Shown: positions 34,301 to 44,894 of the stretch, piece after piece
Position numbering within the stretch: position 1 is the first letter of the stretch
Layout: each line of letters begins with the position of its first letter
NCBI RefSeq assembly: GCF_001194135.2
Contig: NC_068984.1
Location: forward strand, 20,515,146-20,560,039
Reading direction: 5' to 3'
Source of the DNA: Octopus bimaculoides
Taxonomy: Eukaryota
Length of the DNA stretch: 44,894 bases
Notes under the pieces: generated by a model
What the model saw: the letters and a program-made list of their open reading frames with translations, nothing else
The model's database searches: none
What the model was told of the DNA's origin: nothing
Translations under genes and position numbers: made by a program

Positions 34301-34336
<36 letters not shown>

Positions 34337-34848
34337 CACATGCATGACTGTATGTAAGCATATATGCGTGTGTGTATTTGTGTGTGTGTGTGTGTGTGTG
34401 TTGTGAATGTATGCATGTGTGTATATGTGTCTGTGTGTACGCTTCAGTAGAGTGGGAGGGTCTAGTAAACCATGTACAACGCAGGTCTCTCTCCTTACAT
34501 CTTTATATGGCTTAAGAATTCCTGTAGTTCCTACAAACCGGGGGGAAGAGCTTCATACCTCCCCGCTTCGCCACCCACGTACATCTCTTTGGTAAACGAA
34601 GTAAATGAAGTAGCTGTAAGGAAATCAACTGAAAGGGAAATAAATTTCCTCCACACACTCCATTCTCTTCTCTCCATTTCTCTCTCTCTCTCGCTCGCTC
34701 TCTCTCCTTCAGGCACACACACACATACATGTGTGTATGTGTATATACATACATACATATATATATATATATACACACAAACGCACGTACACATATACAT
34801 GCATATGTATGTGTATGTATATACATATATATCAATATATAAATATAG

Positions 34849-34889
<41 letters not shown>

Positions 34890-35098
34890 NNNNNNNNNNN
34901 NNNNNNNNNNNNNNNNNNNNNNNNNNNNNNNNNNNNNNNNNNNNNNNNNNNNNNNNNNNNNNNNNNNNNNNNNNNNNNNNNNNNNNNNNNNNNNNNNNNN
35001 NNNNNNNNNNNNNNNNNNNNNNNNNNNNNNNNNNNNNNNNNNNNNNNNNNNNNNNNNNNNNNNNNNNNNNNNNNNNNNNNNNNNNNNNNNNNNNNNNN

Positions 35099-35140
<42 letters not shown>

Positions 35141-38100
35141 TATATACATATATTTGTGTATGTGTATATGTATACACACACTCAGACATAACGCATATTT
35201 ATATATTTATATGTCAGTGTGAATGTATAGATATATATGTAGGTATATCTATCTATATATTTATATATATATGTGTAAGTATATATGTATATATATATAC
35301 ACACAACCACACACACATAAACACACACCCACACACACACACACACTATTTATACAAATAATAGGTAGACGTGTGTCTCAACTCATCCAGTGTTGAGATG
35401 TTCTTCAGTGAAAATGCTCAATTATATAATTAGAAATTACTAAGAGCTATGATATTATGTCCACCAAGGGAACAGGACAAAATGGAAGTGTCTTGACTAT
35501 ATCATACGAAATAAATATGTTTGTATTACTTTAATCTAGGACACACGGTTTTGTTGTTTTGATTTTGAGGATACATTTCATCAGCTGAAAGGAAATAACA
35601 TTGAATTTTAATGACAGAGATCCACCACCGCCATCGCTTACGTATGTTTTCTGGGTATCTTCAACTAAGAGATTACGCTTGAGAATCCCGTACTTACTTT
35701 TTCAGTGCTACTCCCTTTTAGAGGGTTGAAGACGGTGTAAACACTGATGACCAAAATATTCTTGTGAGAAGTAGTGATCCTCCGACAGGTATACGTCAGA
35801 ACCCCCATTTACATTGATCTTGAAAGATCTATATAAAGAAAACGGAACGAATGAATGAGACGAAACGAACATATTACATATGTGGAGCTAGCACGAACCA
35901 GACCATAACGTAGGGGTGCTGGGTCTGTATTAGTATGAGGACTTGCATATTTCCAGTTGCGGACGAAGATAGAGTCAGTAAATTTTGCCCTGGATATTCA
36001 GAGAACCACACAACTGGCGCCCAGGCACCAACCTGTTGGCAAGGGATAAATCCCTCATTAAATAACTAACAAGCAAGAACAACATACATACATCATTAGA
36101 CTAAAGAGGAAAACTCACCGTGCTCAGCGTCAATGCAACTCTCCTCCAGCTCTCACAAAGTGATACCTACACTCAATGCCACGGTACCATAGCAAAAAAG
36201 TGTGAAGAAACGGTGCAACGATTTGTGAAGGGGTGTCTCAGGAAATATGCTTCTCAGTATGCACATATGCAGAAGCTTCTCGACATACTATTCCTCCTCC
36301 TCAACACCGTGGCTTTACTGCTTAAGACCTACGTTAGCATCTGAAGTCTAAGGCCTCTGAAAATATACCCAATTATCGTAAGTACCATATATCTACCCTG
36401 GAAAGTACCAAATATCTACTCCTTCGTGGTTACTAAAATCGCTAATCGCAAGTATACCCACAAATTTCGGGGGTAGGTGGTAGCTAATAGAAAACAACTA
36501 TACCTTCAGTTTGGACCTATGCTCTATGCACACTTGCAGACCACCAACAGAGGGCATTGATTCAACAGTGTCTGAATAGAGGACACAGGCTCGCAGTTGA
36601 CTTCCTTTTAACAAGCTCAGCTTTCTTCTAGTTTCTGTATTGCCCATACGTTCTCATCACCTACTGGCAATTCAGTGGCCTTCTGATAGGATCTTAACCG
36701 AACTACCCTAACATTAGACAATATAGTGCTTAGAGTACTACATTCTTGATGAAACACACGCAGTGCTGGAGACCCGTGGATGACGTACTTGCGTGATCCC
36801 ATTCCGAAAATGCAGCTGTATTTCAACATCCTCTACAATAGCATCAAATTTGATATTGAATATCCATCGGTTTTCCCCTTCCTATATCTCAAATCAGTTT
36901 TACTAGAAAGAAGAGAAGATCTTCTTTTCTCACCCAAATTTTGCATACTTATAAGAGCTGAAATGCTGGCATTATAACGAAGGCATATCCCTACCGTACG
37001 ATTAAATGTGATGAGGCCATGCAGGCAAACCCCGTATGGAAAAAAAAAATCGGTGTGATGCTGTATGCTAGTAGCTACAGGCTACGTTTTGAGAAACGAG
37101 TATGAGCCATGGGGATCAGGCAAATACGGTCTATCAGACACTGTCTACAGCCAGGTAGGCAGTGGCTGATATATTGCCAAATAAAAAAAAAAGAAAAGTT
37201 TCAGACTAGGTATGGATTCCTTTTTGAACGTTCATTACAAAGTATGTACTTGATTGATCTGTTAGAACTAGTCATAAGATTGATTTTCTTATTGAATCTA
37301 AATAATGTATCGATTTCTTCCACGAATCTAATATATTATTGACATTTATTTTGATGAGCTTAATGAACTAAAACAGATGGGTACCTCTGAAGGTTTTGAT
37401 TCATCTGGATGAATGATTCGTCTGAATAGCTGGAATACATATTTGTTTTACATTACAATTGGTGAACAATGATGTCGTTGATTACAGGTTTTTAATGGGC
37501 CAATAATTGGTTCAGTGCATTTCTGATAGTGTAAATAATAAGGCAGTGTCTGTATACTCGGTGCAGAACAAATATCTTGAGAGACTTTATCAAAAAGCTA
37601 ACTTTTCTGTTTATCTGCTGATGTTTGTCATTCCTCGTATCTATCTGTCTGTCTGTCTGTCTGTCTGTATGTATGTATGTATGTATGTATGTATGTATGT
37701 ATGTATGTATGTATGTATGTATGCATGTGTGTGTGTGTTTGTGTGTTTGTGTGTGTGTGTGTGTGTGTGTACGTATATATGTTCTGGTTTTATTTTATGG
37801 AATATTTCAGAAAGATTTTTATCTTCGCAATCCTTCCAGAATTATACAGTAATCTCTAGGTTAGAAACCGCTTGTCTAGCAAGACCTTTAAAAGCGGTTT
37901 ATGGACACTGAATCTTTTCCTAAAATTATTTTCATTCAAAATTTATAAAGTTATAGGAGCTGCCAAAACATTTTTAAAGCTAAAACTGACCACTTCCTTG
38001 GCAGCCATTTTGCTTAGGTCGCTATATCAGGGAAAACGCGTGAGAAACGCTTGCTCTTCTCCGTTTAGTTCAGTAACCAGTATTTTCCATTTTGTCCGTG

Positions 38101-38590
38101 CGTCTGTTATGCCACCAAATACGGTATATATACACATCTATGAAATATATTAAATATATTCTTTTTTTCCTTCCTGTGGTCATGTCTCTCACTGATGCTT
38201 TCCTATATTCTGTATCCTCCAATTTCCACTTCGTTCGGCTGTGGTGGTCAAGAGGCTGCGAACCAAAGCTGATGTTAAGCTCTTTCAATGTGGAGTCCTA
38301 GGATGTGATGATTGGATGTTGATGGCATCTACCATACGTAAATGTGCTCGATCAAAGCTCTGTTTCTAATATGTTTCAAGGTGTCTCATTTTTCTTTCCC
38401 TCACATGATTTAGTTTTCTCTATCTATCTTCATTAAACTCCTTCTCTTGTATCTTATCTCTCAGTTTTTCTCTTTACCATTCACCCATTTGCGTTTAACA
38501 TTTAATGCAAATTATTCTTTCTGGCAACATACTACCCTTGAAAAACGCAGTCGTCTGAACGACAAAATTTTGTAATAATAAACTAACTAT

Positions 38591-38803
38591 TAAGGCGGCG
38601 AGCTGGCAGAAACGTTAGTACGCCGAACGAAATGGTTAGCAGTATTTCGTGTCTTTATGTTCTGAGTTCAAATTCCGCTGAGGTCGACTTTGCCTTCCAT
38701 CCTTTTGGGGGTCGATAAATTAAATACCAGTTGCGTACTGGGGTCGATCTAATCGACTGTCCCTTCCCCCAAAATTTTGGGCCTTGTTCATAGAGTAGAA
38801 AAG
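38591..38803 (+). mobile_element. SINE family A, full length
   Basis: Full head to tail; 16-bp TSD AATAATAAA(C/A)TAACTA at 38574-38589 and 38804-38819. Confidence 0.9.
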
Positions 38804-40207
38804 AATAATAAAATAACTAAGTTAAAAAGTAGGCACCCAGTAAATAAAATCAATAAATCAGTGACGCCGTTCCAATTATTAATTGACAATATTTCCCTTC
38901 AAAACCAAAGTGTTCTTCATAATACTTGATCTGTAGAAAATCACATCTCAATATCTCAGATTAAATGTAAACTTTCCAACCAAATGATTTGTATATAATA
39001 CCTTAACCCAATAGTGCTGGGTTAAATACGTATAAGTTCTGAAGATATCATCAGCGTGGCCACAGTAAAAGAATATCTGTTTGTTCACGCATGGTGAAAC
39101 AATTGATATCGCGCAAGCAAGTAAAAATAAGCTGTTGCGAGCTGACAACCTTCACTAATTCACTAGGTAAAGTGCTGGGAGAAGACAATTTACTTTCCTG
39201 ATTAAGTAACCCTACACATTAGTATCAAAACATTATAATACAACGGCAATTTGAGCTCGATCAACAAACTGAATATGTCAAGGTGTTCTTTGACAGTTGA
39301 CCTCAATACGATCGTTGTTCTAAGCCTAAGGACACTAAATATCTCCACAAAATTCCAACTCAAAAGAAGCCACATGAGTTGCCAGATTATCTGAATAAAC
39401 ATGCGTTCTATCTCAGCCACAACGTCTTGTGTTTTGATGATTTCACTAATGAAATCAATAGCTGACAAAATTGTATACAATTTAGAGCTGCTGCTTGTTT
39501 TCTGTCTCCATACATGCACGCAGACATACACACACACACAGTGCGTATATCTGATTATGCTAATGTACATATCCCATCCTTATTATAGAATATGATCAAC
39601 GTATCCGTTAACGCTTCTGTTGTGTGTGCGCGCAGAAATTTGCTTCTGTGATAATTGTCTTTTCCATAGCGCGAATCCAAGCGAATAACTATTGTTCAGA
39701 TGCCATATTGACTACTTAAGCAAATGTGTACCATTTTAAAGTATGTATTATTTTAGATTTTATTATGAAATTAAACATCTGAATACTCCGATAAAATAAA
39801 TAATCGATTTTATCTTAAAAAACCTTGTGTACACACAGTTTTTACCTGCGTACACTAGTCTGTTTCCAGGTACATTGCACAAAGGATCATATGATCCAAT
39901 GTGCCCCTCTTTTCTAAGATTTGAGGAAAATATTGGCTGCTATCACGTATATTTAGGATCATATCCGAATATTTAAGAATGTCATTTCGCAAACCCGAGA
40001 TCCCAGATTCTGTCCTTCTGAATGGCATCTTGGACAAGTATCATTTATTGTAACCTCAGATATATCCAAGCGAAATTGGGTAGATAGAAACCATGTGGAA
40101 TTCCGTCGTATGTAACGTCTTGTTCGCATTGCTGTAGCTTTCGAATAGTGCCTCCACGATGGTTAAGCGGGCAGAATACGATTTATTTCATACATACATG
40201 TGTGTAT

Positions 40208-40455
40208 GTGAAGGCACGTGACCTACTGGTTAGGGTATTGCACTCACGATTGCTAGATCATGGGTTCGATTCCCAGGCCGGGCGCTGTGTTCTTGAGCAA
40301 AAACATTTCATTTTATGTTACTCAAGTTCACTCAGCTGTAAATGTGACGGAAAAGCCTTCTAGCCAGCGAGTGGCATCATTCGAAAGCTAAAACAATGTG
40401 AAGTGCATCGTATTGTGACCAGCGATGTATAACGACATCCGATAGTCTGATATAC
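40208..40455 (+). mobile_element. tRNA-derived SINE (family C-related)
   Basis: B box GGGTTCGATTCCC; GTGTTCTTGAGCAAAAACA...AGTTCACTCAGCTGTAAATG block as at 4071, different 3' tail. Confidence 0.75.
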
Positions 40456-40733
40456 GTAAATATATGTGTGTATATATATATTTGTGTGTGTGTATGTGTA
40501 TATTTATACACACATATTCAATGCATCTCCTTCCTTGCTTCTCGATTTCAAATTTTAACTTCCAGTCCCGCCACATATTATCTAGAAATGATTATTTCTC
40601 CTATAGTAACTCGTCACCAGAATACATCACGTATATTTAGGACCAAATTATCCGAATAATTAAGAATTTCATAAGAGCTTAGAAACTTCGAGAGAAGTGG
40701 AATTCGAAGTAGATAAAGCTATAAATAAAAGCG

Positions 40734-40764
<31 letters not shown>

Positions 40765-41299
40765 CCTTTGGGTGGAAAAGTCGAAGGCTGCCCGTGGGAC
40801 TTAAACCCACGTCTTTTGCAAACATGACAGACGTTCTACCATTGCATGAAAGCAATCCTCTGAACTTCTCCATCCATTTTAGAAGCTTGTTCTTACTATC
40901 GAGAATTGTATGTTAAGAAACTTCGAGATACGAAATAGATAGTTTCCCATGTTTATATTATTACATGGTTAGGATGATTTTATTTGTTGCAGTAACAGTT
41001 TGTATAAGTGATTTCTTTTCCAATTGCCAACCATTTGACCATAAAGTTTGAGTTATGTTAACATTTTGTTCAGTGTGTAAAATTGGAAGCAGTGCTTAGG
41101 TGCCTTGCTAAAGGACATGACATAATAACAGTAGAAGGATCTAATTCTTGGACTACGCAGTCACAAGTCTTGCAAAATGGGTGTACTGATTGTTGATACT
41201 GTTATTAATCAAATCAGGTTCAGAATACAAATAGACTGAAATTTTTATTTGATTATCTGGAGATATTTTGGGATATCTCATAGCAATATAGTAATATTG

Positions 41300-41700
41300 T
41301 GGTTGTTTAACCCCAGGCCAGCCCTGTCTGAGGAGATTATGATCAAAGGGGTTTCACTTGTCACCACCCTGTCTTTTTATATAGGGACTAACTACATTGT
41401 GTTTCCCTATTTCAAGATTCTAGGGTGTGAATTGAGGATAATTTGGCTGCTATTTCTACCATGTGGAGGCTCCTTATTGGTTCATATTGTAGTAATATTG
41501 TTTGACCCCAAGTTATCCCAGATCAAGTAGACCAATGATCAAATGCATTTGAGCCGTGGTTATCCTACTTAAAAATTGTTTTTTCCCAAGTATGTAGTCC
41601 TACATTTTCAAGATGCGTCCTTCATCCAAGATAATTTGACAAACATTTAGTCGCTATTTCTAGCAGACTGAGAGACTATGTAAAGACTCCCTCATTGACA
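41300..41700 (-). mobile_element. Two adjacent repeat family D copies
   Basis: GTTGTTTAACCCCAGGCCAG...TAGGGTGTGAATTGAGG..TTTGGCTGCTATTTCTA, followed by a second tail-to-core series ending GCTATTTCTAGCAG...CTCCCTCATTG. Confidence 0.65.
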
Positions 41701-41989
41701 TGTATTTCAGTGCAATGCAGTGTGTAGTAGAAGATCTATACTCTACTGCAATGCAGTATGGTATATTGTAGCTGAACCCTCCATGCAGTGCTACACTGCA
41801 GTGTATTGTAGTGTCAATGATCTGTAATACACTGCAGTGCTGTGTATTGTAAAGGATCTATACCATATTGCAGTGTACCAAGGTCTAGTTTAAAAGAGTT
41901 GTCTATGAAATAATGTGGTGTAGTTGTCACGTTATTTAGCGGAAAATCAGATAATAAAATTTAAGTAATAATAGAACAGTACTATTTTA

Positions 41990-42570
41990 ATGTGTATGTA
42001 TAGGTTAGTGTAATTATGTAATCTTAGGGCACTCTAATTTAAGTAAGTGTACAAGAATGTAATTTACATAAGCGTAGGACGACGTAATTTATGTGAAGAG
42101 AATGTAATTTACATAAGCGTAGGACGACGTAATTTATGTGAAGAGAGTGAAATTTTACTAAGTGTAGGACAGTGTAATTTAGATAAGTGTAGGTCAGTAT
42201 TATTTTGGTGTGTAGTCAAAGTGAGAGTAAGGCACTATAATTTAGGCACATTTAAGACAGTGTAGTTTAGGTAAGTGTAGGACAATTTTCGTTGTGTTAA
42301 GTATGAGACAGTGTAATATTGGTAAGTGTAGGATAGAGTAAATTAGGTAAGTAGGGCCTTTAAGTGTAGGGCAGTATAATCTAGACTTAGATAAGAGTGG
42401 GGCAGAGTTATATGAGTAAAAATAGAACAATAAGAGTGGACAGAGTAATATAGTTAAAAAAGAATAATACAATTTAGGGAAGTGTTGGGTAATGTAAGTG
42501 TACAACAGTATAATTTACATAAGTATAAGATAGTGTATTTTAGGTAAGTATAGAGTAGTGTAATGTGGAT
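41990..42570 (+). repeat. Degenerate minisatellite, about 22-25 bp unit (CAGTGTAATTTAGGTAAGTGTAGGA-like), with an exact 45-bp tandem duplication
   Basis: Recurrent GTAATTTA..TAAGTGTAGGAC; 42055-42099 is identical to 42100-42144. Confidence 0.85.
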
Positions 42571-42603
42571 TAATGCATTATAATGCAATATACACAAAGT
42601 AGT

Positions 42604-42973
42604 GGAGGCGCAATGGCCCAGTGGTTAGGGCAGCGGACTCGTGGTCATAGGATCATGGTTTCGATTCGCAGACCGGGCGTTGTGAGTGTTTATTGAGCGA
42701 AAACACCTAAAGCTCCACGAGGCTCCGGCAGGGGATGGTGGCGAACCCTGCTGTACTCTTTCACCACAACTTTCTCTCACTCTTACTTTCTGTTGTGCCT
42801 GTAATTCAAAGGGTCAGCCTTGTCACACTGTCACGCTGATTATCCCCGAGAACTACGTTAAGGGTACACGTGTCTGTGGAGTGCTCAGCCACTTGCATGT
42901 TAATTTCACAAGCAGGCTGTTCCGTTGATCAAATCAACTGGAACCCTCGACGTCGTGCCAACAACAACAACAA
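42604..42973 (+). mobile_element. tRNA-derived SINE family E, full length with (CAA)n tail
   Basis: A box TGGCCCAGTGG, B box-like GTTTCGATTCG; (CAA)n tail; exact 12-bp TSD ACACAAAGTAGT at 42592-42603 and 42974-42985. Confidence 0.9.
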
Positions 42974-43259
42974 ACACAAAGTAGTATAGAACAGTAGTAT
43001 ATAGTATGAGGTATATTGCAATACTACATATACTTGTAGGTTTAATATAGGTCACCATTATCATCAACCCTTGAACATTGTTGTCTTAAGTCCTGGGACC
43101 TATAAGGCCAAGTGTCTGGTTTCCTTGGTGACAAAATAACTAAGATCACAGCATTCTCCCTGAACAAGAAGCTAGTATAAGTGACTGTCAGCTTATGTCT
43201 CAAACACAGCAAAGGATTCCAATATGTTTTCATAAACCGTTTATTTTGGCACCTTAAAG

Positions 43260-43501
43260 TGGTAGAAATATTGGTTTTAGATTTTGGTACAAGGCAAGCC
43301 AGCAATTTTTTTTTGAGGGGAGGGGGGTAAGTCAATTATATCACCCCTAGAGCTTAACTGATACCTATTTTACTAACCCTGAAAGGATGAAATGCAAAGT
43401 CAACCTCAGCAGCATTTGAACTCGGAAAGTAAAGACAGACAAAATGTTACTAAGCATTTTGCCCAGCATGCTAAGAATTCTGCCAGCTCGCTACCTCAAT
43501 A

Positions 43502-43541
<40 letters not shown>

Positions 43542-43767
43542 TAATGATAATGGCTTCGAATTTTGGCACAAGGCCAGCAATTTCAGGGTACAGAGTGAGT
43601 TGATTACACTGACCCCAGTAATCAACTAGTACTTGTTTTATCGACCCTGAAAGGATGAGAGGCAAAGTTGACCTTGGCGGAAATTGAATTCAGAATGTAA
43701 AGATGGAGGAAATGCTGCTAAGTATTTTGCCTGGCATGCTAACGATTCTACCAGCTTCCTGCCCATA

Positions 43768-43800
<33 letters not shown>

Positions 43801-44145
43801 TTCAAATTTTGGTACAAGGCCAGCAATTTTGGGAGAGAGAGAGAGAGTGAGTCGATTACATCACTCTCAGGGCTTAACTGATACCTATTTTATTGACCCT
43901 GAAAGGATGAAATGTAAAGTCAACCTAAGCAGTATTTGAACTCGGAAAGTAAAGACAGACAAAATGGCTCTAAGCATTTTTGCCCAGCATGCTAACAATT
44001 CTGCAAGCTCACTGCTCTGATGATGGTAGAAATATTGGTTTTCAAATTTTGACACAAAGCCAGCAATTTCAGGGCAGAAGGTAAGTTGATTACATTGGTC
44101 CAGTGTTCAACTGGGACTTATTTTATTGACGCTGAGAGGACAAAG
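43260..44145 (-). mobile_element. Tandem array of four SINE family A copies, partly separated by (AAT)n
   Basis: Units at about 43265-43496, 43555-43765, 43800-44016 and 44035-44145, all in reverse orientation. Confidence 0.85.
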
Positions 44146-44569
44146 TTGTGTTGTTGTGTAAGCCTCAGGTTAACCTTATGATCAAATAGATTCTAAGCAA
44201 CATCAAAACAGTGAGGGTGTAATTTGTAAAAGAGACTGAACTGCTATTTCCAGCAGGGGAAGGCTTGCAGATTAGCTCCAGTTAGTTATTGGTGTAAATA
44301 AGTGTGAGAAGGAATCTGTTAAGAAAGAGCTATGTTATAAACCACTCCATATAATGAGCCAAACAGCAATGTTAGAAACCATTTGCTGTAATAATTCAAA
44401 TAATGAGATTGTGAAGAGAAGAAAGTGATTAATCACGAGATATATATATAAGAAAGAAAACATATAAAAATCCAAAAATTAATCAATTAGTTTTAATAGT
44501 CAACTGATTAATTAACCAAAGTTTACAACTAAGAAGGATGGGCCATTTAGTAGTTCTCTTCCTCCCATA

Positions 44570-44894
44570 TATATATAAATATATACATACATACATATAT
44601 ATATACATACATATACATATATATATATACATATAAATATATATATATGCATATGTATATACACACATATATATATACATATCTGTATATATATAAAATA
44701 TATATATATATACATATATATACATACTTACATATACATATATACATACATATACATATATATATATACACATACATAAAGAACCATACATACACACACA
44801 TATGTATAAAAATCTGTACACACACACACACATATATATATATACATATTTATATACATTTATCTCCGTATCTATGCATATATACATAGCTATA
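44570..44894 (+). repeat. (TA/TACA)n low-complexity tract
   Basis: Direct reading; source of the MYIYI-type ORFs. Confidence 0.9.

Noticed and set aside
35365-35410. Minus-strand CTGAAGA plus 7-bp stem, hammerhead-like
   Set aside because: GAAA core is replaced by CACA and there is no helix I pairing.
41990-42570. CRISPR-like array
   Set aside because: No unique spacers, variable units, eukaryotic context and no cas genes.
42604-42680. tRNA gene
   Set aside because: No complete cloverleaf or oligo-T terminator; it is the head of a SINE with tail and TSD. The same applies at 4071 and 40208.

Overview
AT-rich eukaryotic non-coding DNA, very probably from an octopus (inferred from the tRNA-derived SINE families, the extreme microsatellite density and 12 N-gaps totalling about 4.3 kb, mostly flanked by microsatellites, as in a short-read assembly). 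I cannot support any intact host protein-coding gene. Most long ORFs in the track are read-throughs of microsatellites or N runs. The window is a layered transposable-element graveyard. It holds more than 30 SINE copies from at least four families, several with clean target-site duplications (TSDs), and four 3' fragments of RLE-endonuclease LINEs, two nested in (TAA)n tracts. It also has RTE-type LINE remnants, a decayed maT-like Tc1/mariner transposase, six MITEs, a Helentron-type element and Penelope-like relics. The most interesting signals are: (1) a structurally intact minimal type I hammerhead ribozyme at 27679-27714 and a second, unrelated, decayed hammerhead at 10891-10935; (2) a co-oriented stack of three different retroelements inside one (TAA)n microsatellite at 14395-16140, including a 560-bp non-coding element; (3) a 106-bp near-perfect local inverted duplication at 19669-20095; (4) a MITE whose removal restores a LINE reading frame; and (5) a locally duplicated tandem SINE array. 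A few isolated exon-like segments are flagged at low confidence. Family names come from motif recognition, not database searches.
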